A stretch of 64,000 bases of DNA from Octopus vulgaris (Eukaryota). The notes under the pieces were generated by a model. It saw nothing but the letters and a program-made list of their open reading frames with translations, had not been told where the DNA came from and searched no databases. A program made the translations under genes and the position numbers. This document shows, one piece after another, positions 38,950 to 50,952 of the stretch (its first letter is position 1; each line of letters begins with the position of its first letter). The DNA lies in the NCBI GenBank assembly GCA_951406725.2, contig OX597818.1:29140001-29204000 (forward strand), written 5' to 3'.

Positions 38950-40373
38950 ATGGAGTTCGACTTAACGTCGAAGGACGATTTTCCCGTGATGGGAAAAGGT
39001 GAAACCATGGAAAACCCAGTAACCAAACAGTCATTCTCGGCCGCGGTGGGCGGCGCTATGATAGAGGTCGAATTCAAGATCGAACAGCTGTATGAATACA
39101 GGAATCTTGTAAAGGTGGAAGGAGGAGAGATAAGGCTGGTACCGCCGCAAGCGAAAGTGCAAGAAATCAAGGAAAGGATTGTAACTTATAAAGTGTATAG
39201 CTTTAAGGAAAAAAAGATTATGGACGCGAAAAACGAAATTGTTGAGAAGTGCCTGTCCCCGGTGTGGGACAGAATTCGTCACATCGCGAGAGGCGCACGT
39301 AGTGCTACGGTAGAGGTGCACTTCGACACGGCAGAAGTGGCGAAGGAGGTGTCGTCGTTAACCTTAAAAAGCGACGACATCATGTTGTTACCCTCGTATA
39401 TGGGGAAACGAACTGCAAAGTTAGTGGTAGATGACATACCCAGAGGGTACGACATCATGTGGGTGGCAGCGGCGGTACTACACAACATGGAGCGGGAAAT
39501 TTCAATTCTGCAAATGAGAAGGAAGGAAGTGGTACGCTGGAAGGGTCAGACCTTGGAACTCCTCGTACAGGCAGAGAACAAGATCTTGGAGAGCCTGCCT
39601 GACAGAATTTTTAATGAGGACGGCACGTCCATGAGAGTGTCGGTGGAGGGACGTAGACCCAGATGCTTCAAGTGTGGAGAGAAGGGTCACGTCCGGTCCA
39701 ACTGCATTAAGAAAAAAAGAACAGAAGAAACGCCTCCTCAAAGTGTACCTGTCACTGAAGGGGAGGAAACAAGCAAGAACAACCAAATGAAGAAGACAAG
39801 TACGGAAACGAAAACGGATTCAAAAGAACCAATGGACTACACACAAGTCACACACAAAAGAAAAAAGAGAACACCCAGGACTCCCCTCCCCAAACAAGGA
39901 AAAAAACAACAAACACAGCAGACACACACATTAAACAAATCCCCCAACCCTACCCCCATGGCACTGTTTTCATTGGAAAACAGTTTGCCAAACCCCTCCC
40001 CATAAAACAAGACATCAAAAAGTGCATATCGAAAAACGAAAGAATTATAGCCTTTGATGAAAAAAATGAAAAAGTTTACAAATGCTGCAAACTCGCGAGA
40101 TTTCCACTGTATAGTAGAACCTCAGATGGGAAGGCGACCGCTCGTTTCGCGAAGGTAGGGGAGAACGAGTGGAAGGAGGAGGTTCTTCAGGAACACCTGA
40201 GGAACCGTCTTATTAGAGATGTAACCAAGGAGGTAATGGAGGGTAAACTGGCAATAACCCCGGCAACCACACCCACCCAGAGCCCAGTGGCAACGCCGGT
40301 CAAGAACCCTGCAGCAACGGAAGAAAGGGAAGCAGGCAGATTGAAACTGTCATGCTCCCTCTCGCAACCGTGA
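38950..40373 (+). pseudogene. Unit 1 ORF1 (1-nt deletion)
   Basis: Identical to intact ORF1 up to the A-run, then shifts frame and stops at 40005. Confidence 0.85.
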
Positions 40374-40401
40374 GTATATACATTTCCTTCTCTCACCCAC
40401 A

Positions 40402-43400
40402 ATGGCTAAGCTGGGCTGTATAAATGTACGTGGAATGGGGTCGAAACGGAAACAAATTTGTTTCCTGAACGACCTCACGACACACAGTGTAGATATTGCT
40501 ATTGCAACCGAGTCCAAGATGAGCGAGACCCAAGCGTTCTCGCCTCTTCTAAATGGTTTCGAGAAATTTATTTCTCCTAGCCGAGGAAGAGGCAGAGGCG
40601 TGGCAGTCTTCATCAGGAAGAGCTTGGACTTGCAGGTAAGTACTGTCTTTCTGGACCCAGAAGGCAGGCTGGTTGTCCTGGATGTGACTCACGTAAGTAA
40701 ACAGTCCTTCAGGTTGGTAGCTGTCTACGCCCCGAACGAGGGTAGACAGACGGGTTTTTTCCGGAACCTGGAGCCCTTTTTAGCGACGTCGAAAACAGTA
40801 ATCCTAGTAGGGGACTTTAACACTGTCCTTGAAGCGCACATCGACAGTGTTGGCTCAACCAATAGGAAGGGGAACCCTAGCCTCAAGGGTCTACTAGAGA
40901 GCTTTGATCTAGTGGACCGTTACCGACTGGATGAGCCGAGCGTTCCACAGTGGACGTGGAGTAACAACGACGGCTCACACAGATCGTATCTAGATAGGAT
41001 ATTTATTAAGAAAAGAGATAAGGATACGTTTAGTTGTCCACAATTTCATATTGTACCTTACTCGGATCACAAATTTGTGACGTGTGAGGTGCAATTAGAC
41101 AAGTGTCATAGACAGGGACCCGGGTACTGGAAGCTGAACAAGGCTATTTTGAATTGTGAAGACTTCCGTACCCGGATTAAGGTGTTAGTTCAGAGGGCAT
41201 TGTGTGGCACCATCATTAACAATAGATGGTGGCACGCCCTCAAAAGAGCCATTCGTTTAGAGTCCGTCAGATTTAGCAATCAGCTAAGGATAGATAGGGC
41301 TAGTCTAGAGGGCGATTTAGTCAAGAATCTAGACGAGGCAATGGAAGCTGGCTCTGCATCCGGAGTGTTGGCGGCAAGGACGGTATTGTACCGTCACCTT
41401 AACTCCAAGTACGAAGGTTGCAGAGTCAGAGCTAAGCTGCGTGCTGGGAAATGAGAAGGTATTAACGTGGCCGGATGGGCCCGTCGTGTGGAGAGTAAGA
41501 GAGGCAATAGAGCCTCAATTAAATCTTTGACTGACGAACAGGGACAAAAGATCTATGGACAGGAGGAGATGCAAAAGTTTCTTCACCAGCATTTCGCTCG
41601 CGTGTTCGGGGGTGGTGGTTCGCTGGATCGGGGGAGGGCCTTAAAGGACTTCCTGGCCGGCGGACCGCGGCTCGCGGGGCGTGAAGTGGAGTGCTGTGAG
41701 GGAGCGATCACTCCCGCGGAGATAAAGGAGATACTGGCCGGATGCGCCGGGGAGAAGTCGCCGGGGTTGGATGGTCTGCCCTATGAGTTTTACCAAAGTA
41801 TGCCGGACTTGTTCGGGGGAATACTGGCAGGCGTCTACACGAACTGGCAGCAGAATGGGAGAATCCCCAGTTCTGTAAGCCGGGGAGTGGTGACGCTAAT
41901 CCAGAAAGACCCGAGCAAGGGGGATAATATTAGTAACTACAGGCCCATAACTCTACTTAATGTAGAGTTAAAGATTCTGGCCAAGGTGTTAGCAAAAAGG
42001 TTGACGGTTGTCGTGGAGAAACTTGTAGGGAGAGCACAGACATGTGCAATTCCAGGCAGGTCGATCCAGGACAATCTTCACCTTATACGCTACACCTTAG
42101 ATAGGGTGGGTAAATTAGCCGGCAAAGGTGGGGTAATGGTCCATTTAGACCAAAGTAAAGCCTTCGATAGGGTAGACCATGGGTACCTGGCGACGGTCCT
42201 CGAAGCGACTGGGCTGGGCCCTGAATTTCGCGGGTGGATCTCCGCTATGTATAGCGGCATCAAGTCCACCGTCCAGATAAACGGTTACCTAACGGAACCG
42301 TTTTCGATCAAGTGTTCAGTGCGTCAGGGGTGCCCCTTGTCACCACTTTTGTACGTATTGGCTCTTGAGCCACTGCTGCGAAAGTTGGAGAGGCTGGGGA
42401 GTAACTCGGATGAAATCGGAGGTGGGAGGACGGTGACTGCTTACGCGGATGACGTCACCCTCATCGTGTCCAAAGAGGCCCAACTACCTTGTGTGGAGGA
42501 GGTTATCAGAGGATACGAGGCGGTGGCAGGAGCAAAGGTTAACAAGGACAAATCGGTTGGCTTGCGCCTCGGCACCTGGAGGAGCAAGCCGATATCGTCC
42601 AGTGTCGTGGGACACTGGACGGATGGCCCTGTTAAGTTGCTGGGAGTTTGGTTTGGACCAGACTCCCAAACGGAGAAGAACTGGAGCGAGGTGACGAGCA
42701 GGGTGGAGGCCATAGTACGGACCTGGTCCGGAAGGTCTCTGTCCCTGAAAGGAAGGGCGGAGGTGGTGCAGATGTTTATTGCATCTGTAATCACCTACCG
42801 CCTGACCGTTGTCCCTTGCCCCGATTCATGGCTTAACAAGTTGGAACGAATCCTTTTCCGCTTTTTGTGGAAAGGAGGAAAGCCACTTGTGAGACGATCC
42901 GTTTGCTGCCAAGAACCGTTAAAGGGCGGGTTAGGGATGCCTTGGTTGATGATGCGCAGACATGCGTTGAGGCTAAGGCACCTCTGGCACCACCTGGAGG
43001 GTGATAAGGTGTGGAGTCCGCTGGCAGAGGGATTTTTCCCGAGACCGGCCTCCTTAGTTAATTTTAAACCCGGTTACATCAAAAGATGGAAACTGACTCC
43101 ATGGCAAAAAGAGTGCCGACAGGCACTCACGCTGATCCACAAGACGGGTAAGGCCGGCTGCGGAAATACCACCTCGGTATTTTATAGAGGGCTGGTGGAG
43201 GTAAAAAATGACGACGTCCTAGGAGGGGCTCTGGGGTTTGATGAAGACCAGCTCGCCAACCTGTTTAAAAAAACTTTCAGGTCGGGGTATTTGGATAATT
43301 TCCAAAGATCCCTGGCCTGGCAGTGCTACAGGAATGCTTTACCTGTTCGCGAGAAGTTATCGCGGCACGGAGTTCAAGTGCCACCGACGTGTCCAAGGTG

Positions 43401-43791
43401 CGGGTTGGACGATGAAACCGTCCAGCACGCCTTTGTTCACTGTCGGAAGTTGTCCGACTTGATAAGTTACGCAGAACACGTGTTGTCCCATCTGGGACGA
43501 GTACAGCTGTCGGCTGAGTCTATGATTAAGATGATACCGCCAACTGGACTCTCGAAGGAAGGTGAGGCATGTTTCCACTGCACGGTGGCAGTGGTAAAGG
43601 AATGCATGTGGAGAACGAGAATGGAAGGAGCCGCGATAGGGTCCTTCATCTCCGGACCCGGCTTGCTCACTTACTTCAGATATCATCTGAAGAGCAAAAT
43701 GGGGCTGGAGAAGAGGACCCTGCCGCGGGGTGTGTACGAGAAAAGATGGAAGGAAGTAGAAAGAAAGGTGGGTGTGAGAAACCCAGCTTGA
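40402..43791 (+). pseudogene. Unit 1 ORF2 with nonsense codon
   Basis: Split into 40402-41454 and 41467-43791 by TGA where the other units have CGA. Confidence 0.9.
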
Positions 43792-44011
43792 TCATGGAGG
43801 AGAGAGGAAGTGGAAGCTGCAGGGCCTCACAAATTGCCGGGGTGTAAAAACGCCAGTGAGACGACAAGGTTACCTACTGTTGTTTGCTATACTAGTTAAG
43901 CAAAGGTTAATATTTTTATAACGAATTTAAACAATTTTTAAACGATTCTCTTAAATGTTTTTGTATGTATGTCCTGTATTTGTAATTCTGTGTACCGATT
44001 TTTATAATCGT

Positions 44012-44017
44012 AATAAA
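44012..44017 (+). terminator. AATAAA polyadenylation signal at unit end (present in units 1-4)
   Basis: AATAAA lies 7 nt before the next unit's head. Confidence 0.6.
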
Positions 44018-44223
44018 GAAATATCTACTGAGTACCGCTTCTGTTAATTGCGTTATTTTTCTGTTTGCGTTGTGAGAAAATTGCTGCCTCCATTTAAGAG
44101 AGTCGAAGTTGTGAATTTATTGTTTGTACCAACTGCTTTGAACAGTGGCCGTTGTGAAACGGTGATTTTCGCCCTACGGGGCAGAAAATTTTGTATTATT
44201 TGAAATTTGCTACCTTTGAGGTG

Positions 44224-45647
44224 ATGGAGTTCGACTTAACGTCGAAGGACGATTTTCCCGTGATGGGAAAAGGTGAAACCATGGAAAACCCAGTAACCAA
44301 ACAGTCATTCTCGGCCGCGGTGGGCGGCGCTATGATAGAGGTCGAATTCAAGATCGAACAGCTGTATGAATACAGGAATCTTGTAAAGGTGGAAGGAGGA
44401 GAGATAAGGCTGGTACCGCCGCAAGCGAAAGTGCAAGAAATCAAGGAAAGGATTGTAACTTATAAAGTGTATAGCTTTAAGGAAAAAAAGATTATGGACG
44501 CGAAAAACGAAATTGTTGAGAAGTGCCTGTCCCCGGTGTGGGACAGAATTCGTCACATCGCGAGAGGCGCACGTAGTGCTACGGTAGAGGTGCACTTCGA
44601 CACGGCAGAAGTGGCGAAGGAGGTGTCGTCGTTAACCTTAAAAAGCGACGACATCATGTTGTTACCCTCGTATATGGGGAAACGAACTGCAAAGTTAGTG
44701 GTAGATGACATACCCAGAGGGTACGACATCATGTGGGTGGCAGCGGCGGTACTACACAACATGGAGCGGGAAATTTCAATTCTGCAAATGAGAAGGAAGG
44801 AAGTGGTACGCTGGAAGGGTCAGACCTTGGAACTCCTCGTACAGGCAGAGAACAAGATCTTGGAGAGCCTGCCTGACAGAATTTTTAATGAGGACGGCAC
44901 GTCCATGAGAGTGTCGGTGGAGGGACGTAGACCCAGATGCTTCAAGTGTGGAGAGAAGGGTCACGTCCGGTCCAACTGCATTAAGAAAAAAAGAACAGAA
45001 GAAACGCCTCCTCAAAGTGTACCTGTCACTGAAGGGGAGGAAACAAGCAAGAACAACCAAATGAAGAAGACAAGTACGGAAACGAAAACGGATTCAAAAG
45101 AACCAATGGACTACACACAAGTCACACACAAAAGAAAAAAGAGAACACCCAGGACTCCCCTCCCCAAACAAGGAAAAAAACAACAAACACAGCAGACACA
45201 CACATTAAACAAATCCCCCAACCCTACCCCCATGGCACTGTTTTCATTGGAAAACAGTTTGCCAAACCCCTCCCCATAAAACAAGACATCAAAAAGTGCA
45301 TATCGAAAAACGAAAGAATTATAGCCTTTGATGAAAAAAATGAAAAAGTTTACAAATGCTGCAAACTCGCGAGATTTCCACTGTATAGTAGAACCTCAGA
45401 TGGGAAGGCGACCGCTCGTTTCGCGAAGGTAGGGGAGAACGAGTGGAAGGAGGAGGTTCTTCAGGAACACCTGAGGAACCGTCTTATTAGAGATGTAACC
45501 AAGGAGGTAATGGAGGGTAAACTGGCAATAACCCCGGCAACCACACCCACCCAGAGCCCAGTGGCAACGCCGGTCAAGAACCCTGCAGCAACGGAAGAAA
45601 GGGAAGCAGGCAGATTGAAACTGTCATGCTCCCTCTCGCAACCGTGA
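44224..45647 (+). pseudogene. Unit 2 ORF1 (1-nt deletion)
   Basis: Same frameshift as unit 1; stops at 45279. Confidence 0.85.
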
Positions 45648-45675
45648 GTATATACATTTCCTTCTCTCACCCACA

Positions 45676-48600
45676 ATGGCTAAGCTGGGCTGTATAAATG
45701 TACGTGGAATGGGGTCGAAACGGAAACAAATTTGTTTCCTGAACGACCTCACGACACACAGTGTAGATATTGCTATTGCAACCGAGTCCAAGATGAGCGA
45801 GACCCAAGCGTTCTCGCCTCTTCTAAATGGTTTCGAGAAATTTATTTCTCCTAGCCGAGGAAGAGGCAGAGGCGTGGCAGTCTTCATCAGGAAGAGCTTG
45901 GACTTGCAGGTAAGTACTGTCTTTCTGGACCCAGAAGGCAGGCTGGTTGTCCTGGATGTGACTCACGTAAGTAAACAGTCCTTCAGGTTGGTAGCTGTCT
46001 ACGCCCCGAACGAGGGTAGACAGACGGGTTTTTTCCGGAACCTGGAGCCCTTTTTAGCGACGTCGAAAACAGTAATCCTAGTAGGGGACTTTAACACTGT
46101 CCTTGAAGCGCACATCGACAGTGTTGGCTCAACCAATAGGAAGGGGAACCCTAGCCTCAAGGGTCTACTAGAGAGCTTTGATCTAGTGGACCGTTACCGA
46201 CTGGATGAGCCGAGCGTTCCACAGTGGACGTGGAGTAACAACGACGGCTCACACAGATCGTATCTAGATAGGATATTTATTAAGAAAAGAGATAAGGATA
46301 CGTTTAGTTGTCCACAATTTCATATTGTACCTTACTCGGATCACAAATTTGTGACGTGTGAGGTGCAATTAGACAAGTGTCATAGACAGGGACCCGGGTA
46401 CTGGAAGCTGAACAAGGCTATTTTGAATTGTGAAGACTTCCGTACCCGGATTAAGGTGTTAGTTCAGAGGGCATTGTGTGGCACCATCATTAACAATAGA
46501 TGGTGGCACGCCCTCAAAAGAGCCATTAGTTTAGAGTCCGTCAGATTTAGCAATCAGCTAAGGATAGATAGGGCTAGTCTAGAGGGCGATTTAGTCAAGA
46601 ATCTAGACGAGGCAATGGAAGCTGGCTCTGCATCCGGAGTGTTGGCGGCAAGGACGGTATTGTACCGTCACCTTAACTCCAAGTACGAAGGTTGCAGAGT
46701 CAGAGCTAAGCTGCGTGCTGGGAAACGAGAAGGTATTAACGTGGCCGGATGGGCCCGTCGTGTGGAGAGTAAGAGAGGCAATAGAGCCTCAATTAAATCT
46801 TTGACTGACGAACAGGGACAAAAGATCTATGGACAGGAGGAGATGCAAAAGTTTCTTCACCAGCATTTCGCTCGCGTGTTCGGGGGTGGTGGTTCGCTGG
46901 ATCGGGGGAGGGCCTTAAAGGACTTCCTGGCCGGCGGACCGCGGCTCGCGGGGCGTGAAGTGGAGTGCTGTGAGGGAGCGATCACTCCCGCGGAGATAAA
47001 GGAGATACTGGCCGGATGCGCCGGGGAGAAGTCGCCGGGGTTGGATGGTCTGCCCTATGAGTTTTACCAAAGTATGCCGGACTTGTTCGGGGGAATACTG
47101 GCAGGCGTCTACACGAACTGGCAGCAGAATGGGAGAATCCCCAGTTCTGTAAGCCGGGGAGTGGTGACGCTAATCCAGAAAGACCCGAGCAAGGGGGATA
47201 ATATTAGTAACTACAGGCCCATAACTCTACTTAATGTAGAGTTAAAGATTCTGGCCAAGGTGTTAGCAAAAAGGTTGACGGTTGTCGTGGAGAAACTTGT
47301 AGGGAGAGCACAGACATGTGCAATTCCAGGCAGGTCGATCCAGGACAATCTTCACCTTATACGCTACACCTTAGATAGGGTGGGTAAATTAGCCGGCAAA
47401 GGTGGGGTAATGGTCCATTTAGACCAAAGTAAAGCCTTCGATAGGGTAGACCATGGGTACCTGGCGACGGTCCTCGAAGCGACTGGGCTGGGCCCTGAAT
47501 TTCGCGGGTGGATCTCCGCTATGTATAGCGGCATCAAGTCCACCGTCCAGATAAACGGTTACCTAACGGAACCGTTTTCGATCAAGTGTTCAGTGCGTCA
47601 GGGGTGCCCCTTGTCACCACTTTTGTACGTATTGGCTCTTGAGCCACTGCTGCGAAAGTTGGAGAGGCTGGGGAGTAACTCGGATGAAATCGGAGGTGGG
47701 AGGACGGTGACTGCTTACGCGGATGACGTCACCCTCATCGTGTCCAAAGAGGCCCAACTACCTTGTGTGGAGGAGGTTATCAGAGGATACGAGGCGGTGG
47801 CAGGAGCAAAGGTTAACAAGGACAAATCGGTTGGCTTGCGCCTCGGCACCTGGAGGAGCAAGCCGATATCGTCCAGTGTCGTGGGACACTGGACGGATGG
47901 CCCTGTTAAGTTGCTGGGAGTTTGGTTTGGACCAGACTCCCAAACGGAGAAGAACTGGAGCGAGGTGACGAGCAGGGTGGAGGCCATAGTACGGACCTGG
48001 TCCGGAAGGTCTCTGTCCCTGAAAGGAAGGGCGGAGGTGGTGCAGATGTTTATTGCATCTGTAATCACCTACCGCCTGACCGTTGTCCCTTGCCCCGATT
48101 CATGGCTTAACAAGTTGGAACGAATCCTTTTCCGCTTTTTGTGGAAAGGAGGAAAGCCACTTGTGAGACGATCCGTTTGCTGCCAAGAACCGTTAAAGGG
48201 CGGGTTAGGGATGCCTTGGTTGATGATGCGCAGACATGCGTTGAGGCTAAGGCACCTCTGGCACCACCTGGAGGGTGATAAGGTGTGGAGTCCGCTGGCA
48301 GAGGGATTTTTCCCGAGACCGGCCTCCTTAGTTAATTTTAAACCCGGTTACATCAAAAGATGGAAACTGACTCCATGGCAAAAAGAGTGCCGACAGGCAC
48401 TCACGCTGATCCACAAGACGGGTAAGGCCGGCTGCGGAAATACCACCTCGGTATTTTATAGAGGGCTGGTGGAGGTAAAAAATGACGACGTCCTAGGAGG
48501 GGCTCTGGGGTTTGATGAAGACCAGCTCGCCAACCTGTTTAAAAAAACTTTCAGGTCGGGGTATTTGGATAATTTCCAAAGATCCCTGGCCTGGCAGTGC

Positions 48601-49065
48601 TACAGGAATGCTTTACCTGTTCGCGAGAAGTTATCGCGGCACGGAGTTCAAGTGCCACCGACGTGTCCAAGGTGCGGGTTGGACGATGAAACCGTCCAGC
48701 ACGCCTTTGTTCACTGTCGGAAGTTGTCCGACTTGATAAGTTACGCAGAACACGTGTTGTCCCATCTGGGACGAGTACAGCTGTCGGCTGAGTCTATGAT
48801 TAAGATGATACCGCCAACTGGACTCTCGAAGGAAGGTGAGGCATGTTTCCACTGCACGGTGGCAGTGGTAAAGGAATGCATGTGGAGAACGAGAATGGAA
48901 GGAGCCGCGATAGGGTCCTTCATCTCCGGACCCGGCTTGCTCACTTACTTCAGATATCATCTGAAGAGCAAAATGGGGCTGGAGAAGAGGACCCTGCCGC
49001 GGGGTGTGTACGAGAAAAGATGGAAGGAAGTAGAAAGAAAGGTGGGTGTGAGAAACCCAGCTTGA
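45676..49065 (+). CDS. ORF2: APE endonuclease, reverse transcriptase, C-terminal CCHC finger (1129 aa)
   Basis: INVRG, TESK, VYAPN, GDFN, LDRI, SDH; PGLDG, YRPITLLN, DQSKAFDRV, RQGCPLSP, YADD; GGLGMP; CPRC..HAFVHC. Confidence 0.96.
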   Translation: MAKLGCINVRGMGSKRKQICFLNDLTTHSVDIAIATESKMSETQAFSPLLNGFEKFISPSRGRGRGVAVFIRKSLDLQVSTVFLDPEGRLVVLDVTHVSKQSFRLVAVYAPNEGRQTGFFRNLEPFLATSKTVILVGDFNTVLEAHIDSVGSTNRKGNPSLKGLLESFDLVDRYRLDEPSVPQWTWSNNDGSHRSYLDRIFIKKRDKDTFSCPQFHIVPYSDHKFVTCEVQLDKCHRQGPGYWKLNKAILNCEDFRTRIKVLVQRALCGTIINNRWWHALKRAISLESVRFSNQLRIDRASLEGDLVKNLDEAMEAGSASGVLAARTVLYRHLNSKYEGCRVRAKLRAGKREGINVAGWARRVESKRGNRASIKSLTDEQGQKIYGQEEMQKFLHQHFARVFGGGGSLDRGRALKDFLAGGPRLAGREVECCEGAITPAEIKEILAGCAGEKSPGLDGLPYEFYQSMPDLFGGILAGVYTNWQQNGRIPSSVSRGVVTLIQKDPSKGDNISNYRPITLLNVELKILAKVLAKRLTVVVEKLVGRAQTCAIPGRSIQDNLHLIRYTLDRVGKLAGKGGVMVHLDQSKAFDRVDHGYLATVLEATGLGPEFRGWISAMYSGIKSTVQINGYLTEPFSIKCSVRQGCPLSPLLYVLALEPLLRKLERLGSNSDEIGGGRTVTAYADDVTLIVSKEAQLPCVEEVIRGYEAVAGAKVNKDKSVGLRLGTWRSKPISSSVVGHWTDGPVKLLGVWFGPDSQTEKNWSEVTSRVEAIVRTWSGRSLSLKGRAEVVQMFIASVITYRLTVVPCPDSWLNKLERILFRFLWKGGKPLVRRSVCCQEPLKGGLGMPWLMMRRHALRLRHLWHHLEGDKVWSPLAEGFFPRPASLVNFKPGYIKRWKLTPWQKECRQALTLIHKTGKAGCGNTTSVFYRGLVEVKNDDVLGGALGFDEDQLANLFKKTFRSGYLDNFQRSLAWQCYRNALPVREKLSRHGVQVPPTCPRCGLDDETVQHAFVHCRKLSDLISYAEHVLSHLGRVQLSAESMIKMIPPTGLSKEGEACFHCTVAVVKECMWRTRMEGAAIGSFISGPGLLTYFRYHLKSKMGLEKRTLPRGVYEKRWKEVERKVGVRNPA

Positions 49066-49499
49066 TCATGGAGGAGAGAGAGGAAGTGGAAGCTGCAGGG
49101 CCTCACAAATTGCCGGGGTGTAAAAACGCCAGTGAGACGACAAGGTTACCTACTGTTGTTTGCTATACTAGTTAAGCAAAGGTTAATATTTTTATAACGA
49201 ATTTAAACAATTTTTAAACGATTCTCTTAAATGTTTTTGTATGTATGTCCTGTATTTGTAATTCTGTGTACCGATTTTTATAATCGTAATAAAGAAATAT
49301 CTACTGAGTACCGCTTCTGTTAATTGCGTTATTTTTCTGTTTGCGTTGTGAGAAAATTGCTGCCTCCATTTAAGAGAGTCGAAGTTGTGAATTTATTGTT
49401 TGTACCAACTGCTTTGAACAGTGGCCGTTGTGAAACGGTGATTTTCGCCCTACGGGGCAGAAAATTTTGTATTATTTGAAATTTGCTACCTTTGAGGTG

Positions 49500-50924
49500 A
49501 TGGAGTTCGACTTAACGTCGAAGGACGATTTTCCCGTGATGGGAAAAGGTGAAACCATGGAAAACCCAGTAACCAAACAGTCATTCTCGGCCGCGGTGGG
49601 CGGCGCTATGATAGAGGTCGAATTCAAGATCGAACAGCTGTATGAATACAGGAATCTTGTAAAGGTGGAAGGAGGAGAGATAAGGCTGGTACCGCCGCAA
49701 GCGAAAGTGCAAGAAATCAAGGAAAGGATTGTAACTTATAAAGTGTATAGCTTTAAGGAAAAAAAGATTATGGACGCGAAAAACGAAATTGTTGAGAAGT
49801 GCCTGTCCCCGGTGTGGGACAGAATTCGTCACATCGCGAGAGGCGCACGTAGTGCTACGGTAGAGGTGCACTTCGACACGGCAGAAGTGGCGAAGGAGGT
49901 GTCGTCGTTAACCTTAAAAAGCGACGACATCATGTTGTTACCCTCGTATATGGGGAAACGAACTGCAAAGTTAGTGGTAGATGACATACCCAGAGGGTAC
50001 GACATCATGTGGGTGGCAGCGGCGGTACTACACAACATGGAGCGGGAAATTTCAATTCTGCAAATGAGAAGGAAGGAAGTGGTACGCTGGAAGGGTCAGA
50101 CCTTGGAACTCCTCGTACAGGCAGAGAACAAGATCTTGGAGAGCCTGCCTGACAGAATTTTTAATGAGGACGGCACGTCCATGAGAGTGTCGGTGGAGGG
50201 ACGTAGACCCAGATGCTTCAAGTGTGGAGAGAAGGGTCACGTCCGGTCCAACTGCATTAAGAAAAAAAGAACAGAAGAAACGCCTCCTCAAAGTGTACCT
50301 GTCACTGAAGGGGAGGAAACAAGCAAGAACAACCAAATGAAGAAGACAAGTACGGAAACGAAAACGGATTCAAAAGAACCAATGGACTACACACAAGTCA
50401 CACACAAAAGAAAAAAAGAGAACACCCAGGACTCCCCTCCCCAAACAAGGAAAAAAACAACAAACACAGCAGACACACACATTAAACAAATCCCCCAACC
50501 CTACCCCCATGGCACTGTTTTCATTGGAAAACAGTTTGCCAAACCCCTCCCCATAAAACAAGACATCAAAAAGTGCATATCGAAAAACGAAAGAATTATA
50601 GCCTTTGATGAAAAAAATGAAAAAGTTTACAAATGCTGCAAACTCGCGAGATTTCCACTGTATAGTAGAACCTCAGATGGGAAGGCGACCGCTCGTTTCG
50701 CGAAGGTAGGGGAGAACGAGTGGAAGGAGGAGGTTCTTCAGGAACACCTGAGGAACCGTCTTATTAGAGATGTAACCAAGGAGGTAATGGAGGGTAAACT
50801 GGCAATAACCCCGGCAACCACACCCACCCAGAGCCCAGTGGCAACGCCGGTCAAGAACCCTGCAGCAACGGAAGAAAGGGAAGCAGGCAGATTGAAACTG
50901 TCATGCTCCCTCTCGCAACCGTGA
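49500..50924 (+). CDS. ORF1: gag-like nucleic-acid-binding protein with CCHC zinc knuckle (474 aa from first ATG)
   Basis: CFKCGEKGHVRSNC knuckle and basic low-complexity linker; the track's TTG start at 49467 is less likely. Confidence 0.9.
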   Translation: MEFDLTSKDDFPVMGKGETMENPVTKQSFSAAVGGAMIEVEFKIEQLYEYRNLVKVEGGEIRLVPPQAKVQEIKERIVTYKVYSFKEKKIMDAKNEIVEKCLSPVWDRIRHIARGARSATVEVHFDTAEVAKEVSSLTLKSDDIMLLPSYMGKRTAKLVVDDIPRGYDIMWVAAAVLHNMEREISILQMRRKEVVRWKGQTLELLVQAENKILESLPDRIFNEDGTSMRVSVEGRRPRCFKCGEKGHVRSNCIKKKRTEETPPQSVPVTEGEETSKNNQMKKTSTETKTDSKEPMDYTQVTHKRKKENTQDSPPQTRKKTTNTADTHIKQIPQPYPHGTVFIGKQFAKPLPIKQDIKKCISKNERIIAFDEKNEKVYKCCKLARFPLYSRTSDGKATARFAKVGENEWKEEVLQEHLRNRLIRDVTKEVMEGKLAITPATTPTQSPVATPVKNPAATEEREAGRLKLSCSLSQP

Positions 50925-50952
50925 GTATATACATTTCCTTCTCTCACCCACA

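Larger units (their letters stand above)
38751..44024 (+). mobile_element. Unit 1: Tx1-like non-LTR retrotransposon; ORF1 frameshifted, ORF2 with premature stop
   Basis: A6 instead of A7 at 39861-39866; CGA>TGA at 41452-41454. Confidence 0.93.
44025..49300 (+). mobile_element. Unit 2: ORF1 frameshifted, ORF2 intact
   Basis: A6 at 45135-45140; 1129-aa ORF2. Confidence 0.93.

Noticed and set aside
38751-44024. LTR retrotransposon with shared LTRs
   Set aside because: APE endonuclease and non-LTR RT motifs are present; no protease, integrase, PBS or TG..CA ends.
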